DNA of 64,000 nt. Origin: Candidatus Heimdallarchaeota archaeon. Its GTDB lineage: Archaea; Asgardarchaeota; Heimdallarchaeia; Hodarchaeales; Hodarchaeaceae. Of this stretch, positions 1 through 9,769 are shown in pieces. The notes under the pieces were generated by a model. It was not told the DNA's origin. It saw nothing but the letters and a program-made list of their open reading frames with translations, and did no database searches. Positions within the stretch are counted from its first letter, which is position 1, and each line of letters opens with the position of its first letter. The stretch covers positions 567,822 through 631,821 of the forward strand of contig RDOB01000003.1 in NCBI GenBank assembly GCA_011364965.1, in the 5' to 3' direction. The translations under genes were made by a program, and so were the position numbers.

Positions 1-1
1 A

Positions 2-709
2 TCACGAAGGTTTCATTCGGAGCTGTTTAAAGCGCTGTTGAACAGCGATCTGTATAGATAATATTTGAAAAGCCATTGAAATGTTCTCCCCTGTCCGTGC
101 ACTCGTTTCAATTAGATGGATTCCGAAACCATAGTTTTCTCGACTTTTTTTATCATATTTTCTAGTTAAATATTCAGCATATTGTCTTGGTACGAGGTTC
201 AATCCACTTTCTTTAAGATCTATCTTATTTGCAACTAATATTAAGGGGATTGGTCCTTTCATATTATGTTCCCATAGTTCTCCTATCCAGTTCTCTAAGT
301 TCTTAAAGGAGTCTCTATTGGTAATATCATAGATGAGCAATGCGCCATTGGTACCCTTATAAAATGTCTGTCGTACCTCAGAAAAATGTGGTTGCCCTGC
401 TAAATCCCATATCTGATATTTAATTTCCCTAGATCCCAAGTTTACCACATATGTTGAAAAATCTGCTCCTATTGTTGCTGAATAAACGGGATTAAATCCG
501 TGACCAATGAACCGTCGTCTTATCGAGGTTTTTCCCACAGCTCCATTTCCGATAAGGACTATTTTCCATAATGTCCTAGAGTCCTTTGGAAAAAGGAATT
601 CGACATCCAAATCAGTTTCAAAATCTGATGGTAAATTAGTAGTAACCCCGTTCAATAGTTCTCTTAAATTATCGCGGAATTCAAATTCATTTTCATTCTT
701 GTTGAACGT
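2..709 (-). CDS. Rab-like small GTPase (ORF track start 655 TTG; frame is open to 712, possible ACG start at 709)
   Basis: G1 GNGAVGKTS, switch I ATIGADF, G3 WDLAGQ, G4 NKID, G5 ETSA; no C-terminal Cys prenylation motif; GGAGG lies 7 nt before ACG 709. Confidence 0.9.
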   Translation of the reverse strand, partial: TFNKNENEFEFRDNLRELLNGVTTNLPSDFETDLDVEFLFPKDSRTLWKIVLIGNGAVGKTSIRRRFIGHGFNPVYSATIGADFSTYVVNLGSREIKYQIWDLAGQPHFSEVRQTFYKGTNGALLIYDITNRDSFKNLENWIGELWEHNMKGPIPLILVANKIDLKESGLNLVPRQYAEYLTRKYDKKSRENYGFGIHLIETSARTGENISMAFQILSIQIAVQQRFKQLRMKPS

Positions 710-712
710 ACT

Positions 713-2236
713 TTATCCTCCTTTAGAATTACCGTCTTGTGGATTCGTCTTCAGCTCTGGAAGAACAATAGAGAAAGTGGATCCTTTTTTATATTCACTC
801 TCAACATAGATTGCTCCTTTATGGAGATACACTAATTCACGAGCTAGTGCTAATCCAATTCCTGTTCCTTGAATGTGTGAAACATCATCTGATCTATAAA
901 ACCTCGTAAAAATGTGTGGAATATCCTTTTTTGAGATTCCCATCCCCTGATCAGTAATTTCAATTAATGTTTCCTTATTCTCTTCTCCAGAAGAATATTT
1001 TCCCTTATAAGACTCGGTGACCTTAATAGTTATATTAGAGTTATTCGAAGAATACTTAATGGCATTATCAAGTATGATTCGGAATATTTGTTCAATCCGA
1101 TGAACATCTCCCATTAATTCTACCTGTTCTGAGCCTAAGACTTGAACGTTAAGTTTTTTCTCATAAATTCGCGGTTCTAATTGAGCTATGACTGAATAAA
1201 TAGTCCCCAAGATATGGTACTTTTCCCATTTCAATTTTAAGCCTTTCCCAGCGTCGAAACGGGATAATATTAGTAGGTCATCCACCTGCTGATTTAATAT
1301 TGCTGCACTTCTCCCCATAGAATTAATTATCTCGATTTTTTCCTCCTCTGTAAGCTTCGTTCCATACCTTTGAAGGTTTATTACTGATAAATTCAACGCA
1401 GAGATAGGAGTTCTAAGTTCATGGGAAACAACAGATACAAACTTCTTTCGGAGATTTTCAAACTCGATAAATGGAGTAATATCCCTAAATTCAATAATAG
1501 AAACAAGAGAATTCTGGTTTATGGAAGAATTTAACGCGACTGTAAATTCTAGAAAGAGATTTGATGTTACTTCAACTACAACCTTTTGGTTAATGTCGTA
1601 AGTTAAGAAAAGTGTTCTAATGGTGTCAAAAAAGGGGTGACCTGTACTAAGTACGAAATTCAATTCACATACTCTTATTTCTGATAAGATTCTTTTGATT
1701 AGTCTTTCTGCTGCTGTATTGATGATAATAGCCTTTCCATCTTGATCTAATACAATTACTCCATCTTTTATATTATTAAGTATCAATTCAATCTGTTTTT
1801 TTTCTCGATTGACAATTTCGCTTTGTGATCTAAGATGATCAATTATTTCTTCTAAGTAATCGTGGCTTAAACCAATCTTATCTTCAAAATCTGTTGAGAA
1901 TGAAATTTGCTTCAATAGAAGAAATATGGAATTTAAATTAATGTACTTTGTTTTGAAATAGAACGAGATAATCTCTCCATTGTTTCTCAAGCAGCGTAAT
2001 ACACCCGTATTATGCATTTTTTCTGAATAAATTGGATATTTGTAAATATAGTCTAAGTCTAGGTTATAGATATATGCTGAAATATCTTTTCCAATCATCT
2101 CTTGTTCTGAATATTTTAATATATCTGTTAGATATATATTAACATATTGTATTTTATGCTCCTTGAGATAAATAATCCCCATATCTAAATTATTTAAGAT
2201 TTCTTGAAATCCTTCTGAATTCACCGTTTGATTCAT
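713..2236 (-). CDS. PAS-PAS sensor histidine kinase (HisKA + HATPase_c), soluble
   Basis: H-box SHELRTP, N-box QIFRIILDNAIKYS, G1 DQGMGI, F-box IFTRFYR, G2 GTGIGL; two PAS-like N-terminal segments. Confidence 0.95.
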   Translation of the reverse strand: MNQTVNSEGFQEILNNLDMGIIYLKEHKIQYVNIYLTDILKYSEQEMIGKDISAYIYNLDLDYIYKYPIYSEKMHNTGVLRCLRNNGEIISFYFKTKYINLNSIFLLLKQISFSTDFEDKIGLSHDYLEEIIDHLRSQSEIVNREKKQIELILNNIKDGVIVLDQDGKAIIINTAAERLIKRILSEIRVCELNFVLSTGHPFFDTIRTLFLTYDINQKVVVEVTSNLFLEFTVALNSSINQNSLVSIIEFRDITPFIEFENLRKKFVSVVSHELRTPISALNLSVINLQRYGTKLTEEEKIEIINSMGRSAAILNQQVDDLLILSRFDAGKGLKLKWEKYHILGTIYSVIAQLEPRIYEKKLNVQVLGSEQVELMGDVHRIEQIFRIILDNAIKYSSNNSNITIKVTESYKGKYSSGEENKETLIEITDQGMGISKKDIPHIFTRFYRSDDVSHIQGTGIGLALARELVYLHKGAIYVESEYKKGSTFSIVLPELKTNPQDGNSKGG

Positions 2237-2248
2237 GTATAGTTCCCC

Positions 2249-3637
2249 CTAAAACCGGATTTCCCAGGTTGTGTGCCGTTCTTCTTTATTGATAATTTTA
2301 GGTGATTCAATATGAAAGGTCTTTAGGATTCCTTCCAAAAAACCAGTGAGTAAAACATCAGTTAATTCACTGGGGATACCCTCATTTTTCCAATCTTGAA
2401 CAGTTAATTCAATTGATTGGCTCCTACGATTCATTATAAATGATTTTGATGTTAATTTTAGAGGTTTCGCGTTCCAGTCACCCTTCAGATAATTTAACCA
2501 AGATTTTTGTAATAATATAGCATATCCTGTTCCTAAAATACGTACTCCCTGTTGGATTGATGGGAGCATATTTGTAAAATCCTCCTGACTTGTTCCTAAA
2601 GTTGGTAGAATAGTAAATTGGGGGAGAATTACCTGTTCAAAATAATCCAATAACTCATCATTTAATAATTTCTGAAGCATTACATCTGGGAGCGAAAAAT
2701 AAATAGTTTGTAATAGAGCTATATTACTACTTTGGTCATTTACGCTTGTAAGGAAAAAAGTTGCGATTTTTAAATAATCTTTAAAGTGCTTTAACACTAT
2801 TTGTATATTTTTATTTAATTCAATTCGTTTTTCCGGATCATACTTGTGTAAAAAAATGGAAAGATTTACATTAGACTCATTTTCATTGCGTACCAATGAC
2901 CATAGCTTATCTAAGTAGTCTAGGGCTGGTAAGAAGGAAACAGGATCCTGTATATCTACAACATAAATTAAGGTTGAGGTTTTTCCCCAATAAGTCATGT
3001 CTTTTAGATATTGACGTCGATAAAGTTCTTGTCCTCCAAAATCCAATATTAAGATATTCTCTTTTAGGAATTCTTCGAAATCTATGTGCTGAACAACTCC
3101 TATGGTTGGCTTAATTGTATGCAAACGATCTTTCGATTCCTTTTTAAAGAATAATTGAATCATAGACGTTTTTCCGGCTCTAGATAATCCTAGAAGAGCT
3201 ATTCTTATGACAGGTTTTTTCATGGATTGAGAAAGCTGAAATTCTTGATTTTTTCGAGTTAATGGACTCAGAATTGGTAAAATTAGTTTTTCAAACATTT
3301 CAGATTCTGGAAAATAGCCTTTGTCTTGGTCTTTCAACAATTGAAATGTTTCTTTAGCAATTAAATCGAAGTATCTCTCTACTTCTTCGGTTTGTATTTT
3401 TTCTTTTAGAAATAAATATAATCCGAAGGTTCTATATGTCCTTACATAGATAATTAAGTCAGAAAACCTAATTTCTTGAATTGCACTTTGAATTACTGCC
3501 TCTGAAAAATTTTGTATCGCAACCATAAATCCAGAGATCAGCTGAGGATCCTGTAAAGTATATTTTGAGCTTTCTTCAGAATAACTCCATACTTCTATCC
3601 CTGCATCCGTAGAGATAGCAAATCTTACAAACATCAT
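2249..3637 (-). CDS. Longin-like domain + Rag/Arf-like small GTPase + putative V4R/Bet3-like C-terminal domain
   Basis: N-terminal DPQLISGFMVAIQNFS (longin-like); GLSRAGKTSM, PTIG, DFGGQ, LIYVVD, HKYD, FFLTSVND; C-terminal LLTGFLEGIL. Confidence 0.8.
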   Translation of the reverse strand: MMFVRFAISTDAGIEVWSYSEESSKYTLQDPQLISGFMVAIQNFSEAVIQSAIQEIRFSDLIIYVRTYRTFGLYLFLKEKIQTEEVERYFDLIAKETFQLLKDQDKGYFPESEMFEKLILPILSPLTRKNQEFQLSQSMKKPVIRIALLGLSRAGKTSMIQLFFKKESKDRLHTIKPTIGVVQHIDFEEFLKENILILDFGGQELYRRQYLKDMTYWGKTSTLIYVVDIQDPVSFLPALDYLDKLWSLVRNENESNVNLSIFLHKYDPEKRIELNKNIQIVLKHFKDYLKIATFFLTSVNDQSSNIALLQTIYFSLPDVMLQKLLNDELLDYFEQVILPQFTILPTLGTSQEDFTNMLPSIQQGVRILGTGYAILLQKSWLNYLKGDWNAKPLKLTSKSFIMNRRSQSIELTVQDWKNEGIPSELTDVLLTGFLEGILKTFHIESPKIINKEERHTTWEIRF

Positions 3638-3646
3638 ACTTCCTTT

Positions 3647-4528
3647 CTATTGTGATTCAATGGTTAGAATATCTGATATTTTCTCCCAATATGAGGATAT
3701 ATTCCAATTCTTTCCAGTTTTTATCAGACCAGAGATGGTCTCAAGTATTTCTTTCACCCTTAAAGACATTAAATAATTAATTTTTGTTGCTAGAGTAACC
3801 AACATAAATTGTCTTTCTCCTCCTCTTACAGAATCATCAGGAATCGAATCAAAATAGAGATATCCATCTTTTTCAATATTATAGATTCTTAATAAAACAC
3901 TCTGAGATTCATAATATTTTGAATGTCCATAGATTGAGACTGTTGTTTGGAACAGTTGAACACCTATTTCCTCGAGGTCAAAATCATCAACTGTATTAGG
4001 ATAGTAATTCTGAATTTTCGGGCCAAAATTTTCATCCCATAATACATAAAATAAAATTACATCATTTTTTTGCTGAATTTTATAATCATTCTTAATTTCA
4101 AGAGATTCTAAAACTGAATTTCTGATTCTCTCACTCATTTTTCTGTATTTTAATCCTTTAGCTATTTTTCCTTTTATTGTTGCAAGTAGATCTTCCTCCT
4201 CAAATGGTTTTATTATATAGTCATCTATCCCGAGAGTTTTAGCAAATCGAACGTCAGCAGGTGAACTTTTTGCAGTCAAGAAAATGAAAGGGATAAGGTT
4301 CCAATCTGGATTGTTAGAAACTTCTTGAAGAAAGTCATAACCATTCATCTCTGGCATCATGATATCGCTAAGGATTAAATCAGGGGGATTTGAGAGATTA
4401 TCTAATATTTCTAAAGCTTCTTTTCCATTTGAGCCTGTATAAACTTTATATCCATTGCATGTCAGAAAAATCCTCATATTTAACATGATTTCTTGATTAT
4501 CTTCAACAACAAGGATTGTATTTGACAA
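3647..4528 (-). CDS. Response regulator receiver fused to a longin/uDENN-like domain
   Basis: VVEDN, PDLILSD55IMMP, FLTAK, KPF; C-terminal WDENFGPKIQNYYP and DDSVRGGERQFML. Confidence 0.9.
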   Translation of the reverse strand: MSNTILVVEDNQEIMLNMRIFLTCNGYKVYTGSNGKEALEILDNLSNPPDLILSDIMMPEMNGYDFLQEVSNNPDWNLIPFIFLTAKSSPADVRFAKTLGIDDYIIKPFEEEDLLATIKGKIAKGLKYRKMSERIRNSVLESLEIKNDYKIQQKNDVILFYVLWDENFGPKIQNYYPNTVDDFDLEEIGVQLFQTTVSIYGHSKYYESQSVLLRIYNIEKDGYLYFDSIPDDSVRGGERQFMLVTLATKINYLMSLRVKEILETISGLIKTGKNWNISSYWEKISDILTIESQ

Positions 4529-4685
4529 AATTTAACCTTCTTTCCACTGTGAATTGATTATTGTAGAATGTTAAGGTCAAAATCCTCTACAACTGTTATT
4601 TATAGCTAATTCCTCATTAAGAGAGAGGGAATTTTTTTCAAACAAGATTCTAAAAAAAATGAAACACTTAAGCTCCTAATGTGAA

Positions 4686-4770
4686 ATGGATTTTGGAAAC
4701 ACAATTATTATGGTAACTCATTATCCTGTTGTTGTCAAAATTGGGGCAGTAGTTCTCGAAGTGCAGGATG
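4686..4770 (+). pseudogene. Remnant of an ABC ATPase C-terminus
   Basis: GNTIIMVTH resembles the H-switch region; Walker motifs absent. Confidence 0.35.
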
Positions 4771-5225
4771 ACCCGAACATTGAAAATCCTCGTTTGGAAC
4801 TTTTTGCTGCTTTTTGTAAACATTTCATTGGAACTCTAATATTAGTTTTCAGAAGACAAAAGAAGTAGTTATTTTTTCTTTTTTCATTATATGTTCAATT
4901 TATGTTGGTTATAGGTAATACCCAGTAAACTAAAAATAACTCTAATATAGAACCTTCAATCCTAAACTACCTCAATAATTTCAAGAATTCTTTAAATAAT
5001 CAAACTTTCTTAATTGATAGAGTTAATCCATTATCTGTTAAAAAGATTAGGCCCCTTGGTTGGATTAGAAAAAATCCATCTATTCTTGTTAAATTATTTT
5101 GAAACATCAGAAATTACGTCAAAAATGTAAAGATTGGATCTTGAACTAGGAAAAATACTTTTCATAAAATATAAAGCACAATTATAATTAATAAACTACA
5201 GAAAAATGATTGGTGGAGAGCTGTC

Positions 5226-6413
5226 ATGTCAAAGAATTTAAAAATACCACGAGATAAAGAAAACGATTATACCAGAGATATGGCAAGAAAACGCTGTGAC
5301 TTCATAAAAGAAGCAACTGGCGTAGAAATGAAACATGTAAATTCTTACTCGTTTGAACCTGACATACTACGGGGAAATATTGAAAACTTTATAGGAGTTG
5401 CTCAGGTACCCATAGGACTCGCAGGTCCCCTGCTGGTGAATGGAGAATATGCCAAGGGTGAATTCTATGTACCCCTAGCAACAAGCGAGGGTACCCTCGT
5501 AGCAAGTTATAATCGTGGAATGAAAATTATAAGAGAGTGTAGTGGTGTAAAAACAACAATTCAGGAAGAGGCAATGCAGCGAGCGCCGGCTTTCATATTC
5601 GATGATGCACGCCAAGCACGCGATTTCGGTATCTGGCTTAAGGAACATTTTGATGAAATTAAGGCTCAAGCAGAATCCACCACAAGGATTGGCAAGCTGA
5701 TAGCTATTGAGCAGTATCATGCTGGGAGATTTGTGTTTACCCGTTTTGATTACACCACAGGCGACGCAGCTGGACAAAACATGACAGGAAAGGCAACTTT
5801 CTTTGCGTGTGAATGGATCAGGCAAGTTCATCCTAATGTAAACAGATATATGATAGATGGAAATTTGTCCACCGATAAAAAGCATTCACAGATAAATGTT
5901 TTGCGAACAAGAGGGAAAAGAGTTACTGCAGAAATAATTATCCCTGAAAAAATAGTTCGCGAACGAATGAACCAATCCCCTCAAAGACTCCAGTACTATC
6001 ATCAGGTAAGCGGCATAGGCACCATGATGTCAGGAGCAGCAAATAATGGTAGTCATTCGGCCAATGGAATAACAGCACTATTTATTGCCTGCGGACAAGA
6101 TGTAGCAAATGTTTCCGAGGGAGCAGCTGCGATAACCTATAGCGAGAGGACAATAGAAGGTAATTATTACTTCTCAGTCACAATACCTGCGATGATCGTG
6201 GCTACCTACGGAGGAGGAACTGGACTGGCAACCCAACAAGAGTGCCTGAAAATGCTGGGGTGTGCTGGGACGGGTAATGTGAAGAAATTCGCTGAGATTG
6301 TTGCAGGTACTGTACTTGCAGGAGAACTTTCTCTTATGAGTGCAATGCGGGTAAACATAAATGGAACTAGCGACTGGATTGAAAGTCACGATAAACTAGG
6401 TCGAAATAGATAA
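5226..6413 (+). CDS. hmgA: Hydroxymethylglutaryl-CoA reductase (class I-like)
   Basis: ENFIG, PLATSEG, TGDAAGQNM, DKK, GQD, GGGT, LAGELS motifs and C-terminal His. Confidence 0.9.
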   Translation: MSKNLKIPRDKENDYTRDMARKRCDFIKEATGVEMKHVNSYSFEPDILRGNIENFIGVAQVPIGLAGPLLVNGEYAKGEFYVPLATSEGTLVASYNRGMKIIRECSGVKTTIQEEAMQRAPAFIFDDARQARDFGIWLKEHFDEIKAQAESTTRIGKLIAIEQYHAGRFVFTRFDYTTGDAAGQNMTGKATFFACEWIRQVHPNVNRYMIDGNLSTDKKHSQINVLRTRGKRVTAEIIIPEKIVRERMNQSPQRLQYYHQVSGIGTMMSGAANNGSHSANGITALFIACGQDVANVSEGAAAITYSERTIEGNYYFSVTIPAMIVATYGGGTGLATQQECLKMLGCAGTGNVKKFAEIVAGTVLAGELSLMSAMRVNINGTSDWIESHDKLGRNR

Positions 6414-6497
6414 ATTTCGAATCAATTAAAAAAGCAGGGGAAATCCTCGAGTTTCTTTGAAATTAAACATAATTAAAAAACAAGAAAGAGAGAGATA

Positions 6498-8390
6498 ATG
6501 AACGAAAATAACAAATCGAAGAAAGGATATATCATTCCTGAAGAAGACTACAAAAAGCAAATGGAATATATCAATATAATGGACCCGTATCCCCCAGACC
6601 TTTTTTACAAACTTTTTCTTGAATACAACAAAAAAGCAAGGACAGAAGTAGGTATCAACTTTGGGAGTATAATTGAGGACGCTGCAGTAAAGTATCCCAA
6701 CAGGATCGCAGTTAAGTGGGACGATAAGGACATACCTGTAACCGCGATGCAGATGATAGTACCCCATATCAAATATAAGGAATTCAATGAAAATATAAAC
6801 CGCTATGCAAACTATTTTCTTAAAATAGGTCTCAAAAAGGGAGATATAATCTGTTTACTGGTTGGTAACAGGGTTGATTCCCTTATACTGCATGCAGCAG
6901 CAGCAAAAGTCGGGGCAATATCATCGATGATGAATACTGGTTGGCGATCTAATACACTTTCATACGCCATAAATCTGAACCCCTGTAAGGCCATCATAAT
7001 TGGCGAAGAGTTGATCAACCTTTTCAACCAAACAAAAGCAGAAATCAATAAAACTGAGGATCAAAAATTATATTTTCTCCCTGATTCGGGTAAAATACAG
7101 ACACCTCCTAATATTATTGATATGAAAGAAGAAATTAAAAACATGTCTATTGATAATCCTCCTACAACCAGAACTATCAGCATCTTCGATCCTTGTCACC
7201 TGGTATTTACCTCAGGTACCACTGGAGGCAAGCCTAAAGCAGCGTTTACTATGCATAAAACCATGATTGAGAATGCGTATGCCTTCGAAATGATTCTTGA
7301 CTTGCAAAAGAATGACACCATCTACGCTCCACTTCCGTTTTTTCACAATACTTTTCTTACAGCAACATGGCCCCCAGCAATGAAAGCAGGTAGTGCAATT
7401 GCTATTCGAAGAAAATTCAGTGCCAGCAGGTTCTGGGATGATACTCGTAAATTCAGGGCTACAAAGTTTTGCTATGTGGGTGAGCTTTGCCGCTATCTCA
7501 TGAATCAAGCTGAAAAACCTGATGACGGATTAAATCCGGTGAATGGGATTTACGGGAACGGCTTGCGACCCGAAGTATGGAAGGCCTTTAAGAAGCGCTT
7601 TAACATCATATCGGTCAATGAGTTTTACGGATCAGCTGAACTACCCAGCGGGTTTGTTAACCAATATAACTTCGATTGTACCATCGGACGAAGCGTGAAA
7701 AAGAACGCGGTGGTAGCTTATGACATCGATAGAAATGAACCAATCAGAGATAAGGATGGATTCATACAAAAAGTCGATTTTGGTAAGGTAGGTCTATGCA
7801 TCTTTGAAGTAACAGAAAAGGAACCGCTCCTAGGATACACAAATAAAGACGATACCGAAAAAAAGCTCCTTCACGATGTGTTCCAGAAGGGAGACACTTG
7901 GTTTAATACAGGTGATCTGATGAGAAACATCGGATACGGACACAGACAGTTTGTAGATAGACTCGGTGACACATTCCGCTGGCACGGCGAGAATGTATCA
8001 ACTACCGAAGTAGAAGCAGTTCTCGATTCCTCAAAACAGATCTACATATCAGCAACATATGGTGTGAAAATACCGAATACTGAAGGACGCGCGGGAATGG
8101 CAGCCGTGGTAATTTTGGATAAAACACTCGAGGAATTTGATTTCAAGAAACTTTCAGAACTACTGAAAAATAAACTGCCCGATTTTGCGATACCAAAGTT
8201 TCTAAGGTTTAAAGCAAATCTAAAACAAACTCCAACAATGAAGATCAAAAAAAATAAGCTGAAAAAAGAAGAATATGACATTACAATCATTAAAGATCCT
8301 GTATACGTGCTTTTGCCAGGTGAAGAGACTTACCAGCCGCTAACCGCCGAGATCCTGAAGAATATGAAAAAAGGAACCTATAAATTTTAA
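6498..8390 (+). CDS. Long-chain acyl-CoA synthetase (FATP/VLACS family)
   Basis: FTSGTTGGKPKAA, YVGELCRYL, GNGLRP, EFYGSAE, FVDRLGDTFRWHGENVSTTEVE, EGRAGMAA. Confidence 0.93.
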   Translation: MNENNKSKKGYIIPEEDYKKQMEYINIMDPYPPDLFYKLFLEYNKKARTEVGINFGSIIEDAAVKYPNRIAVKWDDKDIPVTAMQMIVPHIKYKEFNENINRYANYFLKIGLKKGDIICLLVGNRVDSLILHAAAAKVGAISSMMNTGWRSNTLSYAINLNPCKAIIIGEELINLFNQTKAEINKTEDQKLYFLPDSGKIQTPPNIIDMKEEIKNMSIDNPPTTRTISIFDPCHLVFTSGTTGGKPKAAFTMHKTMIENAYAFEMILDLQKNDTIYAPLPFFHNTFLTATWPPAMKAGSAIAIRRKFSASRFWDDTRKFRATKFCYVGELCRYLMNQAEKPDDGLNPVNGIYGNGLRPEVWKAFKKRFNIISVNEFYGSAELPSGFVNQYNFDCTIGRSVKKNAVVAYDIDRNEPIRDKDGFIQKVDFGKVGLCIFEVTEKEPLLGYTNKDDTEKKLLHDVFQKGDTWFNTGDLMRNIGYGHRQFVDRLGDTFRWHGENVSTTEVEAVLDSSKQIYISATYGVKIPNTEGRAGMAAVVILDKTLEEFDFKKLSELLKNKLPDFAIPKFLRFKANLKQTPTMKIKKNKLKKEEYDITIIKDPVYVLLPGEETYQPLTAEILKNMKKGTYKF

Positions 8391-9574
8391 ATTGATGCTA
8401 GTATGTGGCTTACACACAATGATTTCTTAGCAATAAAATCAACTATCTTATTTCCAGTACATAATATACCACAATCAATCATGATTTCATAATAATCTGA
8501 AGTTCTATTATTTGTGTTAACTACTTACATTACCTTTGTGTCATTAGATTTTTTTTTCTTTATATATTTTCTATACTGAAATGATGCAGCATAAATGAAG
8601 AAAATTTAATCAAGTTACCTGCCTTCCTCCCTAAACAATCACAGAAAGAAAGGCAATACAAAAACGAAATGGGATATATGTATTATTAAAAATCTAATAC
8701 AAACTGAAAATTCCAATTCTTAATACATCTAGATAGGTTTTAAACCTTTATTTAATTTATCAAGAGGCCAATTTTGTGTTGATCCAGTTGTTTCAAGTTC
8801 TGGGACCCACTCCATTGAAACCAAATATGCAGATAATTAATAAATGTGGTATTATGTGGTTCATCCTCTATATAGGGAAAAATAATAATAACTTAGATAA
8901 CGGTATGTAATGAGCGAATCAAATATATTGCATTCTACCTAAAGGCGCAAACCTCCACGCTTAAAATACCGCAAAGCTTTCACAACCGAGAGTCAATAGC
9001 AGGAAGAGTATGGAATAAAAATCTTTTAGTTCAAAGAGAGAGAGAAAATCTATTTGGATTTAAAAAGATCGTCTAATTCAGTTATGGCGTCTTTAAAGGT
9101 ATAATTCTCGAATACACTCCGTCCTTGAAGGATTGTAGTAATCATATCCTTTTGTTGCTCAGTCATATCTTTCGTTAGTTCAGCTAAAAGGTGATTTCCA
9201 TCAATAGGGGTTAGCGGATTTGTTTGCATCCTTGAACCTCGCAATGAAAAACAAATGCCTGATGAAATTGAATATCAACCGAACACTCCACTGATCCTTA
9301 TAAGGTTTTCTTCAAACACATGAACAATTGGTGTGGAAAAAGGTACACAATTTAAGCAAGGGATTAGGCGAGGTACAGTTCAACATTGAGACGTTGACCT
9401 TTTTAGTTGCAAATACTACCACAAGTTTTCGAACAAAGGAGCTTAGCTTTCTTCCTCTTTCGATGAAATTGATAACTATAAGCCATTAAGAAAAAGTCTG
9501 GTCTAGTTATCAATAATCCTCGCAAATTATAGAGAAACTAGGGAATCCAGATATAATTCATCGTCTTTTCCACT

Positions 9575-9602
9575 CTCGTGTTAAGTGTGTGATTCCAACG
9601 AA
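9575..9602 (-). repeat. Divergent reverse-orientation copy of the CGTTGG site
   Basis: Minus strand reads TTCGTTGGAAT-CACACAC-TTAACACGAG; left arm and spacer resemble the copy at 41013. Confidence 0.4.
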
Positions 9603-9769
9603 GAGAATAAGTATCCTCCGCATAGATATATGGATACATTCCCCACCCTGCTACGTGTTCGGGTAATTGAGGCTCAATTCCGTTACGGTAACTTGGACAC
9701 CTAATTTTAGCGGTTTGGTTACTACAGCCATATAAGCAATAATACTTTATCCTTCAAGCATTGCTTGAT

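Noticed and set aside
507-8290. Short antisense ORFs inside long genes (507..809, 2896..3114, 5475..5885, 7212..7508, 8042..8290 and similar throughout)
   Set aside because: Shadow ORFs opposite well-supported genes, with no motifs.
9050-9244. 64-aa ORF, also 22351..22539 and 43849..44049
   Set aside because: Possibly gene remnants, but no family could be supported.
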